Of a stretch of DNA of 64,000 bases, positions 41,389 to 54,367 are shown in pieces. The DNA comes from the human T2T-CHM13v2.0 reference genome, Homo sapiens. The DNA lies in assembly GCA_009914755.4 (NCBI GenBank), contig CP068257.2, positions 19,744,001 to 19,808,000 on the forward strand, in the 5' to 3' direction. The position numbers and the translations under genes are program-made. How positions within the stretch are numbered: the stretch's first letter is position 1; every line of letters begins with the position of its first letter. The notes beneath the pieces were generated by a model. The model had not been told where the DNA came from. It worked only from the letters and a program-made list of their open reading frames with translations, and made no database searches.

Positions 41389-42125
41389 TTTTTTTTTTTT
41401 TTTTTTTTTGGATGTTAGGAACGGTCATGGTTTTTTTTTTCGATTTTTTTTTATTATTATACTTTAAGTTTTAGGGTACATGTACACAATTTGCAGGTTA
41501 GTTACATATGTATACACGTGCCATGCTGGTGTGCTGCACCCATTAACTCGTCATTTAGCATTAGGTATATCTCCTAATGCTATCCCTCCTCCCTCCCCCC
41601 ACCCCACAATAGTCCCTGGAGTGTGATGCTCCCCTTCCTGTGTCCATGTGTTCTCATTGTTCAGTTCCCACCTATGAGTGAGAACAGGCGGTGTTTGGTT
41701 TTTTGTCCTTGTGATAGTTTGCTGAGAATGATGGTTTCCAGTTTCATCCATGTCCCTACAGAGGACATGAACTCTTCATTTTTTATGGCTGCATAGTATT
41801 CCATGGTGTATATGTGCCACATTTTCTTAATCCAGTCTATCATTGCTGGACACTTGGGTTGGTTCCAAGTCTTTGCTATTGTGAATAGTGCCGCGATAAA
41901 CATACGCGTGCATGTGTCTTTATAGCAGCATGATTTATAATCCTTTGGGTATATACCCAGTAATGGGATGGCTGGGTCAAATGGTATTTCTAGTTCTAGA
42001 TCCCTGAGGAATCGTCACACTGACTTCCACAATGGTTGAACTAGTTTACAGTCCCACCAACAGTGTAAAAGTGTTCCTATTTCTCCACATCCTCTCCAGC
42101 ACCTGTTGTTTCCTGACTTTTAAAA
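41389..42125 (-). mobile_element. Young L1PA-type 3' end (ORF2 C-terminus plus 3'UTR), antisense, heavily 5'-truncated (about 0.7 kb); poly-A, 21 bp spacer, poly-A structure at the 3' end
   Basis: ttttttattattatactttaagttttagggtacatgtacacaatttgcaggttagttacatatgtatacacgtgccatgctggtgtgctgcacccattaactcgtcatttagcattaggtatatctcctaatgctatccctcc…gagtgagaacaggcggtgtttggttttttgtccttgtgatagtttgctgagaatgatggtttccagtttcatccatgtccctacagaggacatgaac…tttcctgactttt is a very close match to the reverse complement of the L1PA/L1HS 3' terminus. ORF 41661..41903(-) gives …MFIAALFTIAKTWNQPKCPAMIDWIKKMWHIYTMEYYAAIKNEEFMSSVGTWMKLETIILSKLSQGQKTKHRLFSLIGGN (L1 ORF2 C-terminus). Left side: (T)21 at 41389-41409, then ggatgttaggaacggtcatgg, then (T)10 c gattttttttt. 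Confidence 0.85.
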
Positions 42126-44274
42126 AATTAAATTATATTTCAAGTAAAGAGAGAATCCTGATGAAAAAATTAAAAAGCAAAACACTCTGAGAAAAAATGA
42201 ACTATAATAATATATTTTAAACTTTTAGACTTGAAAGTACAAAGAGCTATCTTACTTCTGAAGGAAAATAGAAAATTGAAGGTTACATAAATTTGTTGAA
42301 AATATTTTATTTTGTATGTATATGTTAATATTCTAGTTTTACCTCTAAAACTTAAAGATATAGAAATAACAACATATAGAATAAAAAATTCATACAAACC
42401 AGAAAGCCAGATATTGTTTACTTATTTATAAAATTTGCCATTATGTTTTACAAGACTGATAAGGAATCCTAAAATACATTTTAAAAAATAGTTTATGTAG
42501 CTCAAATGGAAAAAATGTGATTTACAGTCTTCTAAGACTAGGTAAAGTAATATCAGAAAATTATTGTAATATTATATTTTAACAGACTTAAAAGCATCTG
42601 TAAAGAAATTTTATAACCTTTTCAGGTAGAGATTTTATTTATAACTTTAATTTTATATTAAGTTCAGAAAAATGTTCATTTTTACTGCTGTATAAATATA
42701 TTCTAAATATTAATGTCATTGATCGTAAAGGCCAAGAAGGGAAATTTTTAAGCTAATAATGTCAAATTATTATGTAACTTAGAGAACCTGCTATTCTCCA
42801 ATTCAGGTTTTACTGCATTGATAGAGAAGGGAGAAAAGAGATTACATGGAAGGAATTGATGGAAGAAGGCAGGGAGAAAAAAAATCAAGATAAGTGAGTT
42901 TAGAAATGTGAAGAGACTGTTATACAAGCAAATTAAATTATAAGAAAATGAAGTGTGCTAATTCTCACCAAAATGCATAGATAATAAATTGAAGAATCAA
43001 CTGTACTAATAAGAAACATTCACTACTCAAATTAATTCCAAGCCTTTGGAAATTATGCAACTTTTCTTTAAATTAGTATATAATTTTATAAATAATTAGA
43101 TATAGGATCAATATATGTATATATAATGTTATTAATATTGATCCAGTATTGTATATTGCCATTTCGTAAATGATGTGTTTTTCGATTAGGTACAACTTAA
43201 TAAATGACCAGAATTTTTAGGAGGGTGTATTAATATTTGGTATTTAAAACATTATGTTGATTAGGTTTAAATAATTCCATGAACTTCACAGGTAGTATTT
43301 AATGTGCATGTACCTTTGTATCTCACAATACTTACTGCAATATTGTTCATTGAAAAATATATTTGATTCCTATCCTTCTAGTGACTATATTAAATTACTG
43401 AGTTTTCTTCTGTCCAAACATAATAAAAATTAAAGTTTTTCATCAAAGCTGAGTTAGAAAATATTGGAAATTTTTTTGAATATTTTTCAGCAATTTTCCT
43501 AATATTCCAAATTTTATACAATTCCAGGCTAAGAATTTGTTTTAGAAAAAGGTGGATTCAGTTGAAATTGTAATGAAGATATAAAAATGATTCAGACAGT
43601 CAGCCTTAGATGGGAAACATGCATTTAAATATCAACATTTATAAATATGCTTTATTTTATGGTACTCTTATTTAATACTAATATTTGGTAGAAAACAATC
43701 TGTCCTGCAGAATCCTAACACTGAAACTATACTGTGATTTTAAATAAGATGTAAGACATTTATTATATAAAAAATTAAATATTTCCTAATATATGAGGAT
43801 ACCACAGTTTAAGATTTCATTGGCCTATTTGCCTTGTAAAAGGTCAAGATCATTTGGCATATGGTATTTTACAGTGTAAGAGAATACCTTACTTCCAAAG
43901 GGAATTAATTAGAGCCAAAATGTAGTGTGAAATTTTTGTACACATTCAGTGGTAATATAGGAAACAATTACTTTTTCAGCATTCAGAAACATTTTTTCCT
44001 TTTTTCCTCCCATTTGTCCTCCTTTCCTTCTTTTTTCCTTGCATTTTCCCTTTTTAATAACTTAGCCCTACATCGGAATGAGGTAGGCATCTGTGTAGGA
44101 GTAGGGTGAAGCACAGAAGCCTGGCATGGGATGTGAAAGCCTGAGCAGAGTGAATGGAGTGGAAGGAGTGTTGCAGGGGTCCAGTGTTGAGTGTTGGGAT
44201 CCAGAGAGGGTAAAAAGAGTGCCCACTTGCCAAGACAGAAACAGCAACCCAAACAGGCTTGTTGGAGGCCATTC

Positions 44275-44560
44275 ACCTAAGTGAAACAACTCAAAAACAG
44301 AAATTCAAATACTGCATGTTCTCACTTGTAAGTGGGAGCTTAACAGTGTGTACACACATGGAAAAATAGACACTGGAGACTCCCAAAGGTGGGAGGCTGG
44401 GAGAGAGGGGAAGATTGAAACATTACTTGTTGGATGCAATGTTCAATATTCTAGTGATGGATACACTAAAAGCCCAAACTTTGCTAGTACATAATATGTG
44501 ATTGTAAGAAAACCCCCTACACCTATAAAAATAATATAAAAATGAAATATTTTTGAAATG
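44275..44560 (+). mobile_element. L1 3'-terminal fragment (sense)
   Basis: …aaatactgcatgttctcacttgtaagtgggagcttaacagtgtgtacacacatggaaaaatagacactggagactcccaaaggtgggaggctgggagagaggggaagattgaaacattacttgttggatgcaatgttcaatattctagtgatggatacactaaaagcccaaactttgctagtacataatatgtgattgtaagaaaaccccctacacctataaaaataat resembles the L1 extreme 3' end. Confidence 0.5.
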
Positions 44561-46838
44561 GAAGTAAAATGTATATGTGTTTGGTTTAAGTCAGTTAACC
44601 CTAAGCAAGGACTTTCCATTAAACCCTGACTTCCTATTAATGAGCAGGAGTTGACGTAGTCTTCTTTTACCTATCTCCTCTGTTTTTAGAACATTGGGGG
44701 GAAAAAGTAATCTTTCTATGTTGTTACAGAAATATGAAATATTTCACATATGTGCTTGATAATTTTGTTTTCTTAACTTTTAATCCAAATATTAACTAGA
44801 AATATAAGACAGACAAATACGTATATATTTTAAGACTTCACCATAAAGTTGGTTTTTAAAATGTACCTCCTAGGTGTTGATCCTGCTTTCTAGTAGGAAG
44901 CATTCTCTATTTGGATTGAAGTACATATCTTGAATCAAATTAAAGTTGTACAGCATGTAAGGCTAAATAAAAGTTTGACTATATAGTGTTATTTCTTCCT
45001 TACAATTTTCTACTTCCAAAAGATGATTATCTGACAAGGCATTCTGTATATTTATATGCATATTTATTATTTCTTTTCTTAAAAAATCATTACCCTACAT
45101 TTTAAATATTATTATCAAGTAATTTCATTTATATATTTTTAAATTTCTTAATTTGTTTCATCATTGTTATATTTTTAACTGTTGAACTTTTTTATATTAA
45201 ACCTTAACCCTAAATAAAATAATCACACCTTTGTTTCATTAATTGATGCAGGTTTCTGATAAAGTCACCTTCTCTTGGGCAATTTTATGGGAGGGACTTG
45301 GCTGTTAGCTGTCATCAGGTAGTATGTCCAGCCCCTGGGGAATGAGAGCCTCAGCTCTTTAAGAGTTTCTGTGCAGTCATTCCAAGAGGTACCTGGTAAC
45401 AGTATTGTGACAACTAAGTGAGTTAATGCATTCAAGCACCCAGCACATGACAAGTACTCAACAAATATTAGGTAGGTATTATTATGGCCTAATTATAGTT
45501 CATATTGGTCACTTTTCTTTTGGATAGAAGTCAGTACCTTGATACCTCTTTAGTTATTATACATCAATCTAGACATCAAGGACCAAGGCTTAGTAAAATG
45601 AGATAATGACCTTACTTATTCTGAACATTATACTTCTATTAAATAATGTTAAATTCATTTGACTTTTGTTATTTTTTTCCATTTAGGAGCTTGTACTACC
45701 AATTTTTTACACAAACTGCTATTAAGGGAGGTCTCTGATACTGTGCTTCACAATTGATTTTTTTTAACCTCAGTTCAGGACTCTATACTTACCCCTATTA
45801 AATCTCATCTTGTCAGTTTTGACTCATTTTTTAACCTACTGAAACCCTGTCAAATTCAATATTTTAGCTCTTTTTTTCAGGATTGATTTAAGTCACAAGT
45901 ACAATATCATGAAGCACTCATCTGTATTTTCACCAGAGTCAGGATTAGCCTGTATAAGTCATCCTTGAGAACAGAGATTGGCTTACAGGTTAAACTGGAT
46001 CAATTGAATAGAATTCTAAGATATGGAATTATGGCCGATCTACTGGTCTGTGTACCTAGATTTTATCTTAGCCAGACCTTTGCTCCATAACACTTGAAAG
46101 CATGTTAAAATTAGTTCATTTGGTATCACACTTTCTTCACCTAAATATAACGGCAGGATTCTTTAACATAATCAGTTTTATGATCTAGCCTGGACAAGTC
46201 TACATCTTGATTTTTCAAAGAACTCATTAAGCAAACAGTGATATTCAGAAACTATTCATAATATATTCTTGGTTTTCTCATTCTCATATTGCTATGAAGG
46301 AAAGGAAATCAGGATAACTTGACATTATTTTCAGAGAATCCATGTTTGCATCAATTCCTAATCACTTTTTAATTCATTCACTCAAAAAATATAATGAATT
46401 TCTAGTAGGTACCACACATTGTTCTAGATCTTGGGAATCTGAAGGTAAATAATACATGGCATCTGGTCTTTACACATAAGTTGGAGTTCAAAAGATATAA
46501 GGTTGCTGTAGAAGTGTGAATCAAAGGTTTGGGAGAACAAAAATGAATTCTGATTGGAGTTCTTGGAAAAGGCTTTCAAAAGGTGTCAACTTTTGAATTG
46601 AGTCTGAAAGAGGGAGTAGAAACAGGTCCAGGGAAGATGAAAGGGAAAGACTCAAAGAAACATCAAGGTTACACTTGTACATAGGCACTATGCTCTGAAA
46701 GGATGGGACTGTTAATGAGTAAGGCATTTAATGGAAGACTGGAAGGGTATATTGTATGAGAAGACCAGTGTTGGTAATGTGCTTAGAGAGGTAGAGAGAA
46801 GTTAAGTTATAGATCTTAAAAACATTCATCATGTTTGC

Positions 46839-47210
<372 letters not shown>

Positions 47211-49539
47211 TCATAAAGCAACATGATTCATGTATCTTAGAAAATTATCTTGGTGGTGTTCTAGAGACAGATTTCAACATAGAATAAAATGTACGTATGT
47301 AACTAACCTGCACGTTGTGTACATGTACCCTAAAATTTAAAGTATAATAAAAAAAAGTGACACAACTGCCAATTTCCAAATTTCTCCAAATATCTAAAAT
47401 ATATAAATTTAAACTCAAACACTCTAATGTTCACTCTTCAAAATTTTTTTCTGGCTCATAATAGCTCTAAATTGAATGTTTGAATGGTTCATTGTGTTAT
47501 ATTTGATTTGCTTATGACCCATTGTTGAAATGCCCAGTACTAAAGATAAGTGAATCTGGGTGTCCGTGAGTTGTGAGAAGAGTCAAGACATACTCATATT
47601 TGGAGGAAATAATTTCCATTGATATCTTGGTAGTGAATGAACACTGCTATGGAGAATATTAGAGGTAAAAATGGGAAAACCAAGGTCAGATCTCTGGACA
47701 ACTTCAGTTTAATTCATGGATGTATAAGAACAAAAAAAAAATGAAAGAAATTTTTCAGGGAGATAGTGTATCTATTTTGAAGGATAAATGTAAATATAAT
47801 TGGTCAAATATTGTGAAAAAGTCTAAATAATAATTTGGATTTGGCAATTGGTAAAAACTAGGTGAGTAGTGAAATGAGAAGGAATTTACAGCATTTCAGA
47901 TGTATTGCAGGTTGGCTATATAATATTAGATTAAGCTCACAATGTTTCTTGCTCTATTCTGGATGCTATAGCAAAATATATTAGACTCTGTAATGTATTA
48001 CCAACATAAATATATTGCTTACAGTTCTAGGGGCTGGGAAATTCAAGATCAAGGCACCATCAGATTTGGTTTTTGGTGTAGGTCCAATAACCAAATTGTT
48101 TTTATAGATGGTGCCTTCTGTGTGTCCTTATATGGTGAAAGGGGCAAACATACTTCATTCAGCCTCTTTTATGGAGGCACTAATCTTATTCTCGAGGGTG
48201 GATGTCTCATGACTTTATCACATCCCAAAAGACCCCACCTCTTAATAATATATTCAACATATAAAATGTGGAGGGAAACCAGCATTCAAACCACAGCATG
48301 ATCGAAACAAGAAAAATGTATATAAAACCTTATAGAAGTAAGGTAGCCACTCAAAACAGAAATAGATAGAACCTATCTCAGCATAGAAGTCCTTGAGTTG
48401 TAAGCAATTATGGTGACACTGCATGTAACAGTGTTACTGGATCTAGGAAATTCAGTTACTTATGTTCCAATTCTTTTAGTATTTGAGACTTTTACCAGAT
48501 AGAAATTGATGAGGAAATCAAGCAGAAACTGATTTATGATAAAGAACAAGCTGGTTATGAAATCACTGGAAAGGCAGAGAAAAGACCAAAGACAGCCACC
48601 AATATTCTACCTTCAAGGTCACAAAATAGCATAAGCGTGGTCCACATGTGAAGTCTGCAATGACTAACTAGAGGTCAGGAAGCCCTCCTGCCAAGTTACC
48701 CCTCAGCTAATAATCACAGCCACACCACTCCTGAAACTGGATGAATAGGCTGTGGAATGGGGAGTTCGGATGCTACTCTCATTCATATCTGCAGAGCCTC
48801 TTGTCCATGCGCACCTCCTGAGAAAAGTGGGACTGACATTCACACCCCTCCAGCATTCTAAACTGTATACATGTACCTTTCATTCTAGGTTCACTACATG
48901 AAACTTAGAACCATAGCAGCAAGTCAGTCTAGGAAATGAAGATTTTAGCCTGCAATTTCTTATGATAAACAGGAGTGTCTTAAATCGTATAATTTGACTC
49001 TGAGTGTTAATAGAAAAATATCTAGGATAGGGTTTAAAACACCATTCTGAAATAATATTCATGCTAGCACTTCCTTTTAAAAGAGAGTTTACAAAAATCA
49101 AACTCTTCAGATTCCTGGATCTAAGTTTAGCAACACCACAGCCTCATATGTGTAAAAAGAGCACAGTTAGTGTCTATGAACTATGCGTGCTGGGAGAGCA
49201 AATTCTCAGAAATAAAGATGTTGGGGCAGAAATTAGAAATAATCTATTGAAACAGAGTAACAAAGAACAAAAGAAGAGTATGTTTCCTGAGAAGAGAGTG
49301 GGATTGAAAACAAAAAAAAGAGATCTTTATAATTCACAGTAATAAGACTGAGAAGAAAGAATAAAATTCCAAAGAAGAAGAAACAGGAAAAGAGCTATCT
49401 GATAAAGAAAAATTTTGGAGAAGACAAAAGGAAAAGACATGTCATTCAGAGATGAAGGGTTTAGTCTTGGAAAATAAGAAGATAGAGTTCCATTATCAGT
49501 TAATCAAGACGTGATAGCTGTCCAAGACATTGGTTACAT

Positions 49540-49720
49540 TGAAGCATTACTCACAATAGCCAAGATAGCCAAGATATAAAGATGTACAGCATGATCTCAC
49601 TTATATGTGGAATTCTAAAACAGTGAAAGTCATAGAAACAGAGAAAAGTGGTAGTTGCCAGGGGCTGGGGAGTGGGAGAAATGGGAAGATGTTGGACAAA
49701 GATTAAAAAGTTTCAGTTAT
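49540..49720 (+). mobile_element. Old L1 3'-end fragment (sense)
   Basis: …gatgtacagcatgatctcacttatatgtggaattctaaaacagtgaaagtcatagaaacagagaaaagtggtagttgccaggggctggggagtgggagaaatgggaagatgttgg is the typical old-L1 3'UTR motif. Confidence 0.4.
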
Positions 49721-52105
49721 GCAAGATGAATAGCTTCTGGGAGTTTAATAAACACAAGTTCATTCAGTGACTCCAGAGATTGTATCCATCTGACTCCTAG
49801 GTCATGGCACCAACTCCTTGCCATTACACACCTCAAAAAATTCTGAGCTGAACATCGATATTGTATCCATTACCTGCCATTTGACTAAAACATTGATACA
49901 TGTCAATGGATACAAAAGTATGTAATAGAAGGAGGCTGATGATCAGGGAGGGATAGAAAAATTACAATGACTGACATTTGCTAAGAGTTTTAACGTATTC
50001 TAGGGTTTAAGTGCTCAACATTACTTGATATTTCCAACAACACTCGCCGTCGTACTATTCTAATCTCCATTTGAGAGAGAAAACTACTGCGATGTGAAAA
50101 GATTAAGTGCTGTAGTTGACAAAAGTGGCAAGGCCAGGTCTTGAATCCATGGACTCTCATGACATATCCAGTCTCTTAATCCAGCACTTTGCCAGCACTG
50201 TTAGAGGTGAAGAGAAAGGGTAATTAAACAAATAAGTATTTGCACAATTGCTTTTCTATTCATTTATTCATTCATTGAGTGGTGAATGGTATTCATCAAT
50301 TTTTGGGATATAAGACACTAGAAAATAGTTTAGAAAAATATGGTAACAATGAAGGAATAATAGTGTGTAAAACTGAGCATCCGATATGAGCCTCAGTTGA
50401 AATATTGGGCTGTGTCTGAAAGTCTTTTAGAGTAGACCAGTATCTTTGCATACACCCAGTGCATTAGATAATCCAGGATCCTGAACATGAGGCTGAAAAG
50501 ATCGAGACTAATGTTGTAATGAAAATGAAGCTCCTGAATACCATTGCAGGGAAGTGATGTGATCAGAGTGGTTCTTTACAAAGATTGATTTTGCATTTGC
50601 ATGCCTCGTGCATTGATGTTTTTGTTAGACATCCAATAGAAAAGGAAGCCAAGAGCCACTAATGGCATCACAGGAAAAGTCAGATAGGGCCAGGGCTTGG
50701 GAGGTAACAGAGGAAATGGGAAGGAAGAAATAGATACAAGAATTATAATGCAGGAATTATTAAAATAGTGTTTTGACTGATTGTGATGTATAAGATAGAT
50801 AGGAATCAAGGGTGAAGACAATTACAGATTACAGAAAAATCCAGAAAGTGAAGAGAAGAATTAGAGATGTTGATTCTAGGCACATCTGACACTATTCACT
50901 TAGATATGTTCTGTATCTTTGTATATAATTTTTCATTACTGAAATATTTAATTCATCAAGTATTTCCTGAGAACTTACTATATTCCAGTCACTTTGTTCT
51001 ATGTTACATGTATCTATCTGTATGCATGTATAAATACATGTGTGCGAATGTGTGTTTGTAAAGTGTTTTATCTCTTTCCTCAAGAAACTTACAATTTAGT
51101 AGTCAGTTGACAGTTGGACTTATAAAACCAAAATGTAAAAAATATTTAGAAAGAGAATGAAAGTCATAAGCATGCTTTTGCTTTAAAAGAAGTAATAGAA
51201 ATAAGAGGCCAGTGGAAAATAATATGAAAAAAAGGCTACAGTAAGTGTCAGCAGATCTGAAAACGGACTATATAACTAGAAGAGACTAGGCACTGGCCCA
51301 TGTTTTGATGATGGTGGCTTTGTGCTGAAAGAAAAAACAAAGGCTCTTCTTTCTCTGCAGGTGCACCATGTCAGGGTGCACAGTTGGTGAATGGTGCAAC
51401 CTCTGCAGTCAGAGTAAAAACAAACAATCATGTTTATACCATATATTCAAAGATGGAAGCCCAAGAGGATAGATAATATCTCCCTCTCATCCCCCAGAAT
51501 ATACTACCTTCACTTTTGACACATGTCCCCAAACTGGAGTGTAATGCCTATGACATCCAACTTAGACCTAATGTACATTAGGGAGTCAGCCACTCAGCAC
51601 AGATTGAAGAATTGGCATTTTTTAAGGGGATCCGTGTGCATTTGTTTGCCTTTCTCCTATACTTTGGATCAAACTTATAAGTAAATTTTGGATCAAACCT
51701 ACAGCTGAAAAGACATGCAGATTAACCTGGAGATTAAGGAAACATGAAAATTATTAGAATATTTGAAGGCCAAAACATTATTTAGATATCTTAAAATTTG
51801 TATTTCCAGATATGATTTTAATAGTTCTAAGACTTTTGGATGCATCAGAATTCTACACGTGTGTTTGAACCTTAGAGTTGTAACATCATGTACTTCATAG
51901 GCTCTCTAAATAATTCACAGTTTCTAATTAGAGTTGAAATATACACTGTGGCATTTCTTTACAGTATTCACATGTGAAAGGCCGTAAAGCTGTGCTCCTG
52001 GCTCTTGCTCAGTACTATTTATAAGGCATATTTTTATATGACCTACAGTGACCTTTTTTAACTCTAGCAAAAAGAGTACATTTGACTTTTGACTGCCATA
52101 TGAGA

Positions 52106-52412
52106 TTTTTTATTTGTATTTATTTATTTTTGAGATAGAGTCTCTCTCTGTTGCCCAGGCTGGATTTGCAGGGACATGATCTCAACTCACTGCAACTTCT
52201 ACCTCCTGGGTTCAACCAATTCTCCTGCTTCAGCCTCCCAAGCAGCTGGAATCACAGGCACACTCCACTACACCCGGCTGTTTTTTTTATTTTTGTGGAA
52301 ACAGGGTTTCACCATGTTGACCAGGCTGGTCTCAAACTCCTGACCTCAAGTAATCCGCCCACCTCAGCTTCCAAAGTGCAGTGATTACAGTTGTAAGCCA
52401 TCATGCCCAGCC
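52106..52412 (-). mobile_element. Alu (antisense, older subfamily) with a (TTTA)n tail
   Basis: tttatttgtatttatttatttttgagatagagtctctctctgttgcccaggctggatttgcagggacatgatctcaactcactgcaacttctacctcctgggttcaaccaattctcctgcttcagcctcccaagcagctggaatcacaggc…gattacagttgtaagccatcatgcccagcc. ORF 52151..52384 is Alu-derived. Confidence 0.9.
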
Positions 52413-52489
52413 CCAATTTTATGTAAATGACTGATATAAGAATTGAAATTCACATGTACTGCATATTTATCAGTCAAGTTTATATATAT

Positions 52490-53200
52490 TAGCCCATTCT
52501 CACACTGCTATGAAGAAATATCTGAGACTGGATAATTTATAAAGGACAGAAATTTAATTGACTCACAGTTCTGCATTCCTGGGGAGGCCTCAGGAAACTT
52601 ACAATTATGCTGAAAGGCAAAGGAGAAGCAGGCACCTTCACAGGGCGGCAGAACAGAGTGAGTGCCAGCAGGGGAAATGCCAGACCTTTATAAAAACGGG
52701 AAGAGCCAGACCATTTATAAAACAATCTTATCTCATGAGACTTATTCATTATCATGAGAACAGCATGGAGAAACCGCCCCCATGATTCAGTTACCTCCAC
52801 TTGGTTCCACCCTTGACACATGGGGATTATGGGAATTAAAAATCAAGGTGAGGCCAGGCACTGTGGCTCACTCCTGTAATCCCAGCACTTTGGGAGGCCA
52901 AGGTGGGCAGATCACGAGGTTAAAAGATTGAGACCATCCTGGCCAACATGGTGAAACCCTATCTCTACTAAAAATACAAAAATTAGCTGGGCGTGGTGGT
53001 GCGCACCTGTAGTCCCAGCTACTCTGGAGGCTGAAGCAGGAGAATGGCATGAACCCAGGGGAGGCTGAGGTTGCAGTGAGCTGAGATCACGCCACTGCAC
53101 TCCAGCCTGGCCAGAAAACGAAACTCCGTCTCAAAAAAAAAAAAAAAAAAAAAAAAATTCAAGGTGAGATTTGTGTGGGGACACAGAGCCAAACCATATA
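52490..53200 (-). mobile_element. MaLR (THE1/MST-like) LTR, antisense, split by the Alu at 52851-53156
   Basis: …ttagcccattctcacactgctatgaagaaatatctgagactggataatttataaaggacagaaatttaattgactcacagttctgcattcctggggaggcctcaggaaacttacaattatgctgaaaggcaaaggagaagcaggcaccttcac…catgattcagttacctccacttggttccacccttgacacatggggattatgggaattaaaaatcaag, then the Alu, then gtgagatttgtgtggggacacagagccaaaccatataa. ORFs 52537..52821(-) and 52558..52785(+) are within it. Confidence 0.6.
52851..53156 (+). mobile_element. Alu (sense) inserted into the MaLR LTR; TSD about A(A/T)TCAAGGTGA
   Basis: aaaATCAAGGTGA, then ggccaggcactgtggctcactcctgtaatcccagcactttgggaggccaaggtgggcagatcacgaggttaaaagattgagaccatcctggccaacatggtgaaaccctatctc…gcctggccagaaaacgaaactccgtctc(A)24, then ATTCAAGGTGAgatt. 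Confidence 0.95.
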
Positions 53201-53208
53201 ATATATGT

Positions 53209-53250
53209 TTGTGTGTGTGTGTGTGTGTGTGTATACATATATATATATTC
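53209..53250. repeat. (TG)n followed by (TA)n microsatellite
   Basis: gtttgtgtgtgtgtgtgtgtgtgtgtgtgtatacatatatatatatat. ORFs 53019..53282 and 53171..53422 overlap the Alu tail and this repeat. Confidence 0.9.
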
Positions 53251-54193
53251 CCTCTCTGAAAAAAAATTATTTTTTTATCCAAAGTTTAAGATTATTTCAG
53301 ATGTGATAGGAACAAAAGAGGAAGAGATTCATAGAGAAATTAATGTTAATGTGTCTCTAAATCTTGATGTTTCTGGAGTAGAGTTTTCAAAAATCCCTCA
53401 CTGGGATTTTTTTTTTTTCTAGTTCTGCGTGCTCTGCCTTTGAGATAATTCTTCCGAAATAATTTTTTATATTAGACACTAAATTAAATGTCCACCTAAG
53501 ATACCTTATTGAACTTGAAATAATTTAAGTAGTGGATGGATTAAAATAAAACACACAAGAAGAATTTTATAGCTATTTTGAAAATATGGGAATAGTATTT
53601 TAATATCTCAACTAAAGGTTTAATTTAATTGGATAATATATAAATGAAATTAGACCTAATAGTTTACAGTCTTATTTAGTTCATAATACTGACATTTTTC
53701 TCAAAACTTAGCACTTACCTACAATTTAGGAATATAATTGTGGTGAATGCAAAGAAAATACATTTTGTATTTTCACAAGGCACCATTATTTATGGTGATG
53801 GTTGAATAATTGATTTATGTATTCTAACGTTTTAACTACCCTCTTTATCTCTCTTTTATTTTTTTTTCTTAAACACACACGAGATTGTTTTCCTGGACCT
53901 CAATAAAATGTTTATATCGTATAGAAAATGCAGAAGTAACATATTCCCTCAATAATTAAAGTGTGATTTTAATTTTACTGTCTATTTTCTGAGGTAATAA
54001 AAGTTGACTCATGTATACTTTCTTGTAATTTCAAAAGAACATTCAGGTGTTTCAGGAAGTTCTGTAACTCGAACATATTAAGTGATACAGGTAGCAGTTT
54101 TCCTTCACTCCTAGTTCTCATAACACCATAAGCCTTAATAATGGCCATTCCCATTCCCTTGGTTATGTTTTCTTTATATTTCTTTGTCCATAG

Positions 54194-54367
54194 ACGTGCC
54201 ATCCAGTCCCTATGGAGTGAAGATCATAGAGCTGTCGCAGACCACGGCCAAGGTTTCCTTCAACAAACCGGACTCCCATGGAGGTGTACCTATTCATCAC
54301 TATCAGGTGGATGTCAAAGAAGTAGCGTCAGAAATCTGGAAAATTGTACGCTCCCATGGAGTTCAAA
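54194..54367 (+). CDS. NCAM2: Coding exon (174 nt), first half of fibronectin type III domain 1 of NCAM2; probably exon 11
   Basis: Acceptor tttctttgtccatAG|AC; donor CAAA|GTGAGT at 54368. The G left over from the previous exon plus AC gives Asp. Translation is [58 protein letters not shown] plus 1 nt, which continues the ...ILALA|DVPSSP junction known in NCAM proteins. This is part of ORF 54184..54399. Confidence 0.9.
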
